Below, in pieces: positions 19,761 through 29,434 of a stretch of 64,000 bases of DNA (position 1 is the first letter of the stretch; every line of letters starts with the position of its first letter). The notes below the pieces were generated by a model. That model was given only the letters and a program-made list of their open reading frames with translations, had not been told where the DNA came from and ran no database searches. The stretch lies in the NCBI GenBank assembly GCA_018969115.1, contig JAGWYZ010000001.1, positions 304 to 64,303 of the forward strand. The letters run 5' to 3'. A program made the translations under genes and the position numbers. The DNA is from Chloroflexota bacterium. Its GTDB lineage: Bacteria; Chloroflexota; Anaerolineae; J036; Brachytrichaceae.

Positions 19761-21848
19761 ATGGCGATTGTGAACAAAACGCGCGAACCAGCGCGTCTAC
19801 CCGAAGTGTCTGCTAAAAAGAGAAAGATTGATATTCCGTATAACCGTCCCGAAAAGCGGATAAAGCGTGCAATTGTAAGCTTTATAAAGATAGCAATCGT
19901 TCTTAGTATTCTTATTAGCCTAATTTCTTTTGCTAGCATCGACGATGTGTCGTTAAATATGGTGCTTACTGGCATCACAACAGCATTTGGCGTTATCGTT
20001 CAAATATTAGCCATTTTGGCGAGTATTGTATTGCAATTTGGCTTAATTTTCTGGTTTTTGGGCCGCCCCAAAGTCGAAATTATTAAGCCCGGTGATGACA
20101 CGAGTGTGACATTCGATGATTACTGGGGGCAACCGCAGTTGGTGAAACTAGTAAAACAATGGATGTACTTGCTGCGCGATCGCAAAGACTTTGAAAAAAT
20201 GGGTGGCAAATATATTAGTGGGTTGTTATTGCATGGCCCTCCGGGCACAGGCAAAACCATGTTAGCCAAAGCCATTGCTGGTGAGTCGGGTATGGCCTTC
20301 ATCAGTGCTGAAGGCACCAGCTTCACTGGCATGTTTTTTGGTATGGATATTTTGAAGGTGCTGCGGTTTGCATCATGGGCACGTGGTTTAGCCAAACAAT
20401 ATGGCGCTTGTGTAGCGTATATTGATGAAATTGACGCAATTGGTTCGAACCGTGGCGGGGTGCGAGGCGGCAACCAAATGGGCATGACCGGCGGTGGCAT
20501 GGGCATGGGCATGATGGGTATGATGGCCCTCAGCACCTTGCTCAGCCAGATGGATGGTATGAATTCTCCATCGCGTGGCGAAAAATTTAAAACGCGGTTA
20601 TGGCGTATGTTTGGCAAGAAATATGTTGTTAAACGTGATTGGCATATTATGTGGATGGGCAGCACGAACCGCCCCGATGTGCTTGACCCCGCCCTGACCC
20701 GTTCTGGTCGTTTGGATACTAAAATTTCAGTTGAGGCCCCTGACCGCGCCAGCCGTCGCCTCATCATTGAAGGTTACTTGAAAAAGATTAAACATGATGA
20801 TTCAGTTGACCTTGAAGCAATTGTGGCCGATACCAATGGCCTGACCCCCGCCGATATTGCTGGTGCGATTACCAAAGACTCGGTGCGTATTGCATTTTTT
20901 GATGGGCGCAAGTTGGTGTCGCAAAAAGATATTGACAAAGCTTTTATGGAACAGCAAAGCGGTATGGAAATGCCCATTGAAGAAATGGATCCGCATCAGC
21001 GCCGTGTGTTGGCCTATCATGAAGCTGGACATGCCGTGGCACAATATTACATGATGCCCGAACAAAAAATTGTGCGGGTGACAATTGTACGTTTATCGAC
21101 TGGTAGCCAAGGCCACATGCAACCCATTGACACCGTAGAGCAGCACATCACGCCTGTCACGCGCTTGGCGTATGACATCATTGTGTTTTTTGCAGGTCGG
21201 GTTTCAGAGCGCATTTATAGCGGTGAAATCTATCAAAGCGTCGGCGGTGACTTTCCGGGCATTCGTTACATGATGTGGCGTTTGGTAGAAAATGGCTTTT
21301 TTGGCCCGCCATTAGGAGGTGGCGAATCCGGCCCAATGGGCAATAGCTATGGGCAATATTTACGTGGTGAAGACCCAACTCTGAAAAAATATTGGTTGAT
21401 GATGGAAGACGCCACCGAAAAATTATTACGCAAGCATTGGCGCGAAGTGACAGCAATTGCTGAAGCCTTGCTAGTGCATAGCACCCTGAGCGGCAAAGAG
21501 GCCGTTGACATTATCGAAGAAAATCAAAGCCCAGATTCACTCAGCGATGACATTATTCCCAAGACTTTGGCCGCTATTCGTGCTCAGGCCTTAGCCGAGA
21601 TTCGTAATGGCTCGATGAATGGACATCTAAACGGTCATGGGCATTTAAATGGTCAAAATGGCCGTGTCATCGAAGCACCGCGCTCGACCGAACACACAAT
21701 TCAGCAAGCGTCTTTGCCGCAACCCCCAAAAAACAAAGATGAAGTAATTGTCATTAATGGCAATAGCAATGGCAACGGGCATAACCAACCCGAAGTTGTT
21801 GAAGAAAATGGGGGACGTTATACCCCTCAACAAGTAAACGAAACGTAA
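19761..21848 (+). CDS. Divergent FtsH-family AAA+ zinc metalloprotease paralog
   Basis: GPPGTGKT, YIDEIDA, TNRPDVLDPALTRSGRLD, HEAGHAV. Two N-terminal TM segments, Gly/Met-rich insertions, His/Asn/Gly-rich tail. GAGGAG SD. Confidence 0.8.
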   Translation: MAIVNKTREPARLPEVSAKKRKIDIPYNRPEKRIKRAIVSFIKIAIVLSILISLISFASIDDVSLNMVLTGITTAFGVIVQILAILASIVLQFGLIFWFLGRPKVEIIKPGDDTSVTFDDYWGQPQLVKLVKQWMYLLRDRKDFEKMGGKYISGLLLHGPPGTGKTMLAKAIAGESGMAFISAEGTSFTGMFFGMDILKVLRFASWARGLAKQYGACVAYIDEIDAIGSNRGGVRGGNQMGMTGGGMGMGMMGMMALSTLLSQMDGMNSPSRGEKFKTRLWRMFGKKYVVKRDWHIMWMGSTNRPDVLDPALTRSGRLDTKISVEAPDRASRRLIIEGYLKKIKHDDSVDLEAIVADTNGLTPADIAGAITKDSVRIAFFDGRKLVSQKDIDKAFMEQQSGMEMPIEEMDPHQRRVLAYHEAGHAVAQYYMMPEQKIVRVTIVRLSTGSQGHMQPIDTVEQHITPVTRLAYDIIVFFAGRVSERIYSGEIYQSVGGDFPGIRYMMWRLVENGFFGPPLGGGESGPMGNSYGQYLRGEDPTLKKYWLMMEDATEKLLRKHWREVTAIAEALLVHSTLSGKEAVDIIEENQSPDSLSDDIIPKTLAAIRAQALAEIRNGSMNGHLNGHGHLNGQNGRVIEAPRSTEHTIQQASLPQPPKNKDEVIVINGNSNGNGHNQPEVVEENGGRYTPQQVNET

Positions 21849-21863
21849 ACGAATCATGTCAAT

Positions 21864-21894
21864 AAAAAAGGTGCGCTTGCGGCGCACCTTTTTT
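21864..21894 (+). terminator. Intrinsic terminator of the FtsH-like gene
   Basis: GGTGCGC-TTGCG-GCGCACC followed by TTTTTT. Confidence 0.8.
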
Positions 21895-21967
21895 GATTGT
21901 TATAAACCCCATTCATTTTTAAACTATCGTTTTGCGTCTTCCCTGAAAAAGATGCAATGTCAAAATC

Positions 21968-22021
21968 ACTATATGACCTTTGATAGCGTGGGCAAGCCCA
22001 GGCTATCAAAGGTCATATAGT
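21968..22021 (+). repeat. Family-1 core palindrome (partial element, about 21940-22050)
   Basis: ACTATATGACCTTTGATAGC / GCTATCAAAGGTCATATAGT, 20/20 complementary. The loop contains TGGGC-AA-GCCCA. Confidence 0.75.
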
Positions 22022-22077
22022 AATTTCAACGAAAATTGGGATGTAACTACGGCTTTATAAGACTTTCGGCATTGGCC

Positions 22078-23910
22078 CTACAACAACGTTTCAAGCCGAT
22101 CTACGAAACTCGATAACACACCAAACGCTGCCTCAAGCGGTTCGGGGCTGCTCATGTCGATGCCCGCCAACTTGAGCGCATTGAGTGGGTGCATAGCTCC
22201 ACCGGCCTTTAAGAAGGTAAGATAGTTTTGCACGGCTTGCGCCCGCGCTGCCCCATTTGTGGGCATGGCCAATATGTTAGCCGCCAAAGCGTTGGCGGCG
22301 GCGATACCAGAGGCATATTGAAAGACATAAAAATCGTAATACAGATGGTTAAATTGCGCCCACGTAATGCCTTCACGCGCAGCATTCATTTGCCAAGCCG
22401 GGCCATAGCCATTGGCAAATAATTCAGCCAATTTTGCGCTCATCGAATCAGCCATAAGTGCCTTGCGTTGCTCAATTTGTTGATGCGCCCAATGTTCCCA
22501 TTGCGACAAAATCGGCATTAGGAATAAATAACGATGAAAATTGCGCATGGCTTCTTCGATCAAGGCAATTTGGAAGCTGCGATCATTGCGGGTTTCGGGT
22601 AAACCTTGCAAATAAGCCCGCACCATTGCTTGATTGAAATTTGAGGCGACCTCGGCGGCAAAGAGGGTGTAGCGATGTAAGATGAAAGGTTGCGCTTGTT
22701 TCGATAAGGTGCTATGCATCGAATGGCCTAATTCGTGTGCCAGCGTGCTCATGCTCATCAAGCCGTTATTGGCATGATAGCTCATTAAAATATAGCTTTT
22801 GGTGCCATAAGTGCCGCTCGAATAAGCCCCTTGGCGTTTGCCACGATTCGGGTATTTATCGACCCAACGCTCATGTGTTAAGCCAGCACGGGCGACATTG
22901 ACATAATCTTCGCCGAGTGGGGCCATGCCAGCGCAAATCCAATCAACGGCTTGCTCATAGGGCACGGTGATCTCATCGCAGAGCGGCGCAAAAATATCAC
23001 AGGCCTCTAGCTTGTCTAGTTTCAGGGCGCGGCGGCGCAGTTCCCAATAGCGATGCCAAATGGGCAAGTGACGATTGCAAGCATCGATGACATTGTGATA
23101 AACCGGCACTGGCACATTGTTGGGGTGTAGCGCCATGGTTAATGAATCAGCATAACGGCGGGCACGGGCAATAAACACGGTTTTTTGCACCTTGCCACTA
23201 TAAATAGCTGCTGATGTGTTTTTGGTGCTGAGAAAGGCATCGGCATATTGATTAAATGCGCTCCGGCGCAAGTCGCGATCGGCGCTTTGCAATAGCTCGC
23301 TAATGTTGCCTTGGCCGATCTCGACTTGAGCACCGTCACTGCCTTTGGCAAAGCCAAATTTTAGGTCGGTGTTTGCCAATACACCATAAGCTGTGGCAGG
23401 TGCGTTAAATGGCTCATTGGCCTGTGCCAATAATTCTTCGACTTCGGATGAGCGCACATGGGCTTTTTGGCGCAATAGATCATTAAAATAATGGGCATAA
23501 TTTTTTAGTGCTGGGCGCTCATTCATAAATTGTGCCAAAGTTTCGGCGCTCATTACCAACAATTCTGGGTCGGCAAACGACATGGCTGCTCGCATTCGCA
23601 CCGCCAAGCTCATGCTGCGGGCTTTTACGGCGGCATTAGCCTGATTCCCCGTATCGCCATCCGATAATAAATTGGCATAAACGACCAGTTGGCTAACGGC
23701 AGGCACAATCCGTTCTACTTCGTTAATCCAGCGCAACAGCGTTTCAGCATCTTGCGTTAATTTGCCTTTAAATGCGCTTAAATTAGGCAATTCGGCTTCG
23801 GCGAGTTGATAGCACTGTTCCCAAACATCAAGGCTGGCAAACATACTGCTAAGATCCCATGTATCTTGTTGATTGATTTCACCGCGGTGCGGTAGCGTGG
23901 TAGTGCTCAT
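22078..23910 (-). CDS. pepF: Oligoendopeptidase F (M3B family)
   Basis: HELGHSMH zinc motif. 610 aa, typical length. Confidence 0.85.
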   Translation of the reverse strand: MSTTTLPHRGEINQQDTWDLSSMFASLDVWEQCYQLAEAELPNLSAFKGKLTQDAETLLRWINEVERIVPAVSQLVVYANLLSDGDTGNQANAAVKARSMSLAVRMRAAMSFADPELLVMSAETLAQFMNERPALKNYAHYFNDLLRQKAHVRSSEVEELLAQANEPFNAPATAYGVLANTDLKFGFAKGSDGAQVEIGQGNISELLQSADRDLRRSAFNQYADAFLSTKNTSAAIYSGKVQKTVFIARARRYADSLTMALHPNNVPVPVYHNVIDACNRHLPIWHRYWELRRRALKLDKLEACDIFAPLCDEITVPYEQAVDWICAGMAPLGEDYVNVARAGLTHERWVDKYPNRGKRQGAYSSGTYGTKSYILMSYHANNGLMSMSTLAHELGHSMHSTLSKQAQPFILHRYTLFAAEVASNFNQAMVRAYLQGLPETRNDRSFQIALIEEAMRNFHRYLFLMPILSQWEHWAHQQIEQRKALMADSMSAKLAELFANGYGPAWQMNAAREGITWAQFNHLYYDFYVFQYASGIAAANALAANILAMPTNGAARAQAVQNYLTFLKAGGAMHPLNALKLAGIDMSSPEPLEAAFGVLSSFVDRLETLL

Positions 23911-23930
23911 TTTGTGTTAGTTGCTATTTG

Positions 23931-24083
23931 GTATCTTCTCAATAATTGGGGCGTCCCCAAAAAACGTAATACCGAACTCATTATCACTGTTTGTTTGGAG
24001 GGAGCTAGCCCCCTGCGAACAAACAGTGATAATGAGTTCGGCAAGAATTTGTTTTAATTTTCCACTGTTTATGAAAAAGATAA
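23931..24083 (+). repeat. Family-1 MITE-like element
   Basis: GTATCTTCTCAATAATT, GGGGCGTCCCC hairpin, core palindrome 23972-24041 with 24/24 complementary arms, then GCAAGAATTTGTTTTAATTTTCC. Confidence 0.8.
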
Positions 24084-24158
24084 ATTATTTGTTTAAATTG
24101 TTAATAGCGATAATTCTACCCGCGTAATTGAAAATAATATGAAAACACTTTGGATTTT

Positions 24159-24857
24159 ATGAAAATACGTGACTTATTTAACGCTGCCGCACAAGATTAT
24201 GATCGTCAACGCCCGACCCTCGTGCCTTGTTTTGATGATTTGTATGGCATTGCGCTCGATCTCGTGCCTTTTGCACAAGATGCGCCGATGCGGGTACTTG
24301 ATTTGGGCGCTGGTACGGGCTTGCTGGCTGGCATGATTGCAGCAGCTTACCCAAATGCCCAGCTTACTTTAATCGATATTGCGCCAGCCATGTTGGCCCA
24401 GGCCCAACAGCGCTTTGAGCATTTGGCACGCCCCGCTACATTCATCACCGCCGATTATGTGAATACGCCGATTGTGGGGCAATTTGACTTAATTGTTTCG
24501 GCATTGGCGTTGCATCATACGCCAGAGGCCCAATTGATCGGTGTATTTGCCAATATTTATGCGGCGTTGGCGGCGGGTGGGCGCTTTATCAACATAGACC
24601 AAGCGCTGGGCAGCACAGCAGCGAATGAGGCGCGGCTGGAGCAGACTTGGCGGGCACAGGTGCGGGCCAAAGGCGCAACTGAAGTGGTGCTAACCGCTGC
24701 CATCGAGCGTATGACGCTTGATCGCACTGCCACTTTGCTTGATCAGTTGCGCTGGTTAAACGAAGTGGGGTTTGTTGATGTTGAATGTTGGTATCGTTAT
24801 TATCGCTTTTGTGTGTTTTCGGGCGATGTTGTAAGTCGGATGGGCAAACCAATATAA
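24159..24857 (+). CDS. Class I SAM-dependent methyltransferase
   Basis: VLDLGAGTGLLA motif I, DLIVSALALHH. ATG at 24159 (the ORF track starts at a TTG at 24150). Confidence 0.8.
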   Translation: MKIRDLFNAAAQDYDRQRPTLVPCFDDLYGIALDLVPFAQDAPMRVLDLGAGTGLLAGMIAAAYPNAQLTLIDIAPAMLAQAQQRFEHLARPATFITADYVNTPIVGQFDLIVSALALHHTPEAQLIGVFANIYAALAAGGRFINIDQALGSTAANEARLEQTWRAQVRAKGATEVVLTAAIERMTLDRTATLLDQLRWLNEVGFVDVECWYRYYRFCVFSGDVVSRMGKPI

Positions 24858-25372
24858 AGAATGTTAAAAATATTCAAACGATCGAAATAAATATATCAAG
24901 TGCTGATTGGGGGCGCATTGAGGTCACGCAAGGCGCAGGCAATAGAACCGTTGTTGGTCGTATTGCTGGTTCCGCACGACTTAAAAGCATTGATTCCAAC
25001 CCGAAACGCAGCTTTGCAAATTTCACCCTTTACCATGCGCCATTGGTATTGTGCCAATGGCGCATCACAAAATCGGCGGGTCGCTGCTCTCTATCTTAAA
25101 GCCGTTTCAAGATCAACCGTCATTTGCTCGATCAATTCTTGGTACACCAGACTTTTAGCGATCGAGCGCCCGGTGTCTTGAAACTTCATCTTGGTCAGCG
25201 TATTGATGGCGTAGTCATACACTGTTTGGGCCGCCACCCAATGCGCATGTCAGGTCGAGTGATGGCAAAACCAATTTCTACCAACCATGCCACTGCCCAC
25301 GAAATCATAGGGATGGGCCATAGGTTTTAGTGGCGCAATGCTTTATTTTGGATGAGGCGTTGAATGTGACTC

Positions 25373-25857
25373 ATGCATGAGTGCGCCATGCATGAACGCA
25401 TCGATCATTTTTTGGCACAAAAAGCCGATTATCAGATTAATGGCACTTGGATTTATAAAGTGCATCAGGGTATGGCGGATCAATTTTATAAAGGAAATGT
25501 GGTATTGCTGGGGATGCAGCCCACATTAATAACCAAATGGGAGGCATGGGGATGAATAGCGGTATTCATGATGCATATGATTTGGCGGTGCATACCCACC
25601 GCGTCATGCATCACAGTGCAAGCCTACCCCATGCCCTTGTAGATGATGAGCAGGTGTGCCGCGCCTTTGCTATGAATGATATGCAATTAAGCACCAACAA
25701 AAATTGTCATGATATGTCGGCTACCGAAACCGATTATTTCCAACGGCACAATTACAAATTTGCTACTGCTGCCGCCAACCCGCGTCTTGCCTACGAGTTT
25801 TTGCTGCGGGCCGCTATAGTTGATCCTTACAACTCTCTTTTCTTTCCCTATCTATAA
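25373..25857 (+). pseudogene. FAD-dependent monooxygenase (UbiH/PheA-like), truncated and frameshifted
   Basis: GDAAHINNQMGGMGMNSGIHDAYDL is the conserved GDAAH..GxGxN..DA motif. It is read in a different frame from the preceding ..QFYKGNVVLL (shift near 25510). The N-terminal GxGxxG part is absent. Confidence 0.6.
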
Positions 25858-26085
25858 CATTAGGAATTACGAAAAACTTGTTTTTTACCGTGCAGAACAC
25901 AAAAGCCTCAAAGATTAAGCTAATTTTATATCTTTTCTTTGCGATCCTTGTGTCCTCCGTGGTGAAATGGTGAAATTGCTTGATTTGCGTAAATCCTAAC
26001 ATTTTGCTTTTTTTACTACTTGATTCCTAAATTTAGAATTGCTGGCGTAAGCCGTTTATGGATGATCTAAAATACAGACTGTGTC

Positions 26086-26829
26086 ATGATAACTGAAAAT
26101 GCTTTCTCTTTTTCCACCTCAAAAATATATATGCGTATCAAAAATATCGGTATCGGGTTTGCCCGCCTACTTGTGGTTGTGTTGATGCCCTTTATCTTGC
26201 TGATCTTGCCAGCGCGTGTCACCATGCAACCATGGATCGTGCCATTTCAATATTCATTGCCGTGGATGCCGCCCGATCAATTTGGCTTTAGCAAAGATGA
26301 ACGCTTGCAATTGGGCAATTTGGGGTTAAAGGCGGTAGTCGGGGTTGAAGGGGTCAGCATTCTCAAAAAACCGCGTTTTGCCGATGGCAGCCAAGTGTTT
26401 AACGACCGCGAGATTCAGCATTTGGCCGATGTCGCTGTGGTAATTCGTTGGATGTGGCCGCTGCACACCTTTCTCAGCATTTTATTTATCACAGGTATTA
26501 TTGCCTTGTGGCTGCTTAATGCTGAGCTGACTTTAGGCAAGGCGCTCTCATTGGGTAGCAAAGCAACCTTGTTCATTGTCGGGTTTATTTTGCTGTTTGC
26601 CATTTTTGCTTGGGACTGGGCTTTTACCAAGTTCCACCAATTGTTTTTCACGGGCGATAGCTACTTGTTTTATATCGACGACACACTTATTCGCTTATAC
26701 CCAGTCGAATTTTGGATCACTTGCACCATGATGATCGGTGCAGCAGTGGTTTTGTTGGCGCTGATGTTTTGGTCGATCGGGCGTTGGCTGTGGCGACGGG
26801 CCGATGCGCGATTGCGGCTGTCGCCGTAA
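26086..26829 (+). CDS. Integral membrane protein, DUF1461/TIGR01906-like
   Basis: 4-5 TM segments. FHQLFFTGDSYLFYIDDTLIRLYPVEFW resembles that family. Assignment from memory only. Confidence 0.5.
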   Translation: MITENAFSFSTSKIYMRIKNIGIGFARLLVVVLMPFILLILPARVTMQPWIVPFQYSLPWMPPDQFGFSKDERLQLGNLGLKAVVGVEGVSILKKPRFADGSQVFNDREIQHLADVAVVIRWMWPLHTFLSILFITGIIALWLLNAELTLGKALSLGSKATLFIVGFILLFAIFAWDWAFTKFHQLFFTGDSYLFYIDDTLIRLYPVEFWITCTMMIGAAVVLLALMFWSIGRWLWRRADARLRLSP

Positions 26830-26857
26830 CGAAGTGATACCGCCAAAAGCGTAAAAA

Positions 26858-27448
26858 TTGAGATTTGTCAATTTCATGGCTTTTCCTAGCAACTTTGTCC
26901 GCGCCGATGTGGTGCAATATCATCAATACCAATTGCGGGCGGGTGGCTCACCCAATCATTGCGGCCCGTTTAGCATCGCCATTGCCGCCAACATCGTGTT
27001 GGGTGAGCCACGTTTTGATGGCGATGTCGTTGCCGCTGAATTGTCGCGCCGTTTTGTTGAATGGCAACCGCGCCGTCGGCAAGTGTTGCCTGTCATCAAC
27101 CGATTTCCCCCGCAAGCCGCCACCCTGCCGGGTGCATTTGTACGTTATCTGAGTGAACAAGGCATTCCCGCCCAATTACATGTGTGGGGCAAATTTGATC
27201 AGTTAAAAGCCGCCTTAAACAGTGGCAAAGTCATCATTCCGATCATTGGGCAATGGACCTATCGCAATGGCAAACGCTGGCAACCTTGGGCACACGCCAA
27301 AGTGTTGGTGGGCTATACCCCCAGCCATATTTTGGCGGTTGACCCTGCCGTGCCGATGATTGATGAAGCGATGTTATGCCCGCAGCCGATTGCCCAATTT
27401 TTGACCTGGTGGCGCAGTATGGGCCGTATTTGGGTTGAGATTGGCTGA
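26858..27448 (+). CDS. Putative papain-fold cysteine peptidase (C39-like/BtrH-like)
   Basis: NHCGPFSIAIA (Cys) and HAKVLVGY (His) arranged as in C39-like domains. Weak. Confidence 0.4.
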   Translation: MRFVNFMAFPSNFVRADVVQYHQYQLRAGGSPNHCGPFSIAIAANIVLGEPRFDGDVVAAELSRRFVEWQPRRRQVLPVINRFPPQAATLPGAFVRYLSEQGIPAQLHVWGKFDQLKAALNSGKVIIPIIGQWTYRNGKRWQPWAHAKVLVGYTPSHILAVDPAVPMIDEAMLCPQPIAQFLTWWRSMGRIWVEIG

Positions 27449-27458
27449 TGAGGAAAGT

Positions 27459-27530
27459 TGCCCCCGCGCAGACTCGAACTGCGACCTGCGGCTTCGGAGG
27501 CCGACGCTCTATCCATTGAGCTACGGGGGC
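27459..27530 (-). tRNA. tRNA-Arg (anticodon CCG)
   Basis: GCCCCCGTAGCTCAATGGATAGAGCG..CTCCGAA..GTTCGAGTCTGCGCGGGGGCA folds as a cloverleaf. CCA not encoded. Confidence 0.9.
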
Positions 27531-27575
27531 GTGTGGGTAATTTTAGCATACGGAGTTTGATACAAAAATACCGCA

Positions 27576-27974
27576 TCACCATTCAACACGGCGTAACGTT
27601 GGTAGTTTGTCGAAATGGGTGTCTCGACTTAATAAGGGTAAATTATTTTCAATGGCTAATGCCGCAATCCATACGTCATTAATCGGGATCGGGGTTCCTG
27701 CTTGTTTTAAGGCAAGGTAAAGATCAGCGTAATGCTGTGCCGTGCTTTTTACAATATTTAACACATTAACTGCGCCTAAAAAACGTTCTAACCATGCTTC
27801 AGTCATGTCGCGTTTTGTTGATTTTGCAATTCCAAAGCGATATTCACCGATGACAATCACTGGCACATATAAAGCTGGTTGTATGGTCAAAACTTTGGCA
27901 ATTGCTGGGTCGCCAAAACTTGCTGCTGAGAGGGCGTTGGTATCTAAAATCATGTTATTGCCAATCATGTGCAT
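27576..27974 (-). CDS. vapC: PIN-domain toxin (VapC-like)
   Basis: MILDTNAL.. with conserved acidic residues. Overlaps or abuts the upstream antitoxin. Start may be the ATG at 27953. Confidence 0.8.
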   Translation of the reverse strand: MHMIGNNMILDTNALSAASFGDPAIAKVLTIQPALYVPVIVIGEYRFGIAKSTKRDMTEAWLERFLGAVNVLNIVKSTAQHYADLYLALKQAGTPIPINDVWIAALAIENNLPLLSRDTHFDKLPTLRRVEW

Positions 27975-28218
27975 TTATTTTTTCAAATTCAGCATCAATA
28001 TTGGATTGAATGTTTTGGATTTCGTCCTTTATCTCAGCAAGTTCGCCCACATGTGCCATCCATGCTGGCGTAATAATCGTGTCGGGTTTATTTTGCAGGC
28101 TGTTGATTCGCGCTTGAATTGCCGATATTACAAAATCTTTGAGCGATTCGCCGCGCATTGCCGAAAGTGCTTTTGCTGTATATAAGAGTGGGGGAGGCAA
28201 ATCTAGCGTGGTTTTCAT
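27955..28218 (-). CDS. Putative antitoxin of the PIN toxin (VapB-like)
   Basis: 87 aa, [30 protein letters not shown]. Position directly upstream of the PIN gene. Confidence 0.6.
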   Translation of the reverse strand: MKTTLDLPPPLLYTAKALSAMRGESLKDFVISAIQARINSLQNKPDTIITPAWMAHVGELAEIKDEIQNIQSNIDAEFEKINAHDWQ

Positions 28219-28310
28219 GTGAGCAATATTACCATATTTACTGCTTTTGTCACCAGCGATGCAAACTGTGCGTTCGTTACGTTTGTCTGACCGATATAAT
28301 TCTTGCCTTC

Positions 28311-29381
28311 ATGCCCGAAACCAAACCCACCCCTCCCGCCTTTGAAATCGGCATTTACTCCTTTGCCGAGCGCACCCCCGACCCCGTGACGGGGCAGATC
28401 GTTAGCCCGGCCCAACGTCTGCATGACTTGATCGAAGAGATTGAGTTGGCCGACCAAGTGGGGTTAGATGTGTATGGCTTGGGCGAGCATCACCGTGCCG
28501 AATACATGTCGTCGGCCCCAGCGGTGATTTTGGCTGCCGCTGCCGCCCGCACCAAGCGCATACGCCTCGGCAGCGCCGTGACGGTGCTTAGTTCGGATGA
28601 TCCAGTGCGGGTGTTTCAAGATTTTGCCACGCTCGATTTGCTCTCGGATGGGCGGGCCGAAATTGTGGCCGGACGTGGCTCATTTATCGAGTCATTCCCA
28701 TTATTTGGCTACGATTTGCACCACTATAACGAGCTGTTTAGCGAAAAATTGGGTTTATTGCTCAAATTGCGCGAGACCGAGCGGGTGACATGGGTGGGCA
28801 AACATCGCGCAGCGCTGAAAGAATTGGCGGTTTATCCGCGCCCGCTGCAAACGCTATTGCCAGTATGGGTGGCGGTGGGCGGCACGCCCGAATCGGTGGT
28901 GCGAGCTGGCACCTTGGGCTTGCCGATGGCTTTGGCGATTATTGGCGGTGAGCCAGCCCGATTTGCGCCGCTGGTGAATTTGTATTGGGACGCGGTGCGC
29001 CATGCCGGGCATGACCCGGCTAAACTTGCCGTCAGTATCAATTCGCATGGCTACATCGCCGATGAGTCGCGGCAGGCTTCGGATGAATCATACCCATCGG
29101 TGGCGGCGGTGATGAACAAGATTGGGCGTGAGCGCGGCTGGCCGCCCATGTCACGCGCCCAATATGAGGCCTCGCGGGTGTTGCGTGGGCATTTGGCGGT
29201 AGGCAACCCGCAAGAGGTGGCCGAGAAGATTTTGTATCAGCACGCCATTTTCAAGCATCAACGTCATTTGCTGCAACTCAGCGTCGGCACGTTGCCACAT
29301 GCCCAATTGATGCACGCCATCGAATTGCTCGGCACCAAGGTTGCGCCCGTGGTGCGGCAAGAGGTGGCACGGCGGGGGTGA
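28311..29381 (+). CDS. LLM-class (luciferase-like) flavin-dependent oxidoreductase
   Basis: YGLGEHH.., typical length. ATG at 28311 chosen; the upstream ORF extension overlaps the antitoxin gene. Confidence 0.8.
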   Translation: MPETKPTPPAFEIGIYSFAERTPDPVTGQIVSPAQRLHDLIEEIELADQVGLDVYGLGEHHRAEYMSSAPAVILAAAAARTKRIRLGSAVTVLSSDDPVRVFQDFATLDLLSDGRAEIVAGRGSFIESFPLFGYDLHHYNELFSEKLGLLLKLRETERVTWVGKHRAALKELAVYPRPLQTLLPVWVAVGGTPESVVRAGTLGLPMALAIIGGEPARFAPLVNLYWDAVRHAGHDPAKLAVSINSHGYIADESRQASDESYPSVAAVMNKIGRERGWPPMSRAQYEASRVLRGHLAVGNPQEVAEKILYQHAIFKHQRHLLQLSVGTLPHAQLMHAIELLGTKVAPVVRQEVARRG

Positions 29382-29386
29382 ATTTG

Positions 29387-29419
29387 AAACCTCGGAGGTC
29401 TTCAAGACCTCCGAGGTTT
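29387..29419. terminator. Bidirectional terminator between convergent genes
   Basis: AAACCTCGGAGGTC-TTCAA-GACCTCCGAGGTTT, 14-bp stem flanked by A- and T-rich runs. Confidence 0.75.
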
Positions 29420-29434
29420 TAATTCAAAGCGCCG

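Noticed and set aside
27459-28218. Genomic island integrated at tRNA-Arg (tRNA followed by a PIN/antitoxin pair)
   Set aside because: There is no integrase, no direct repeat of the tRNA 3' end downstream, and the neighbouring genes look like ordinary metabolism. This is only a TA pair next to a tRNA.
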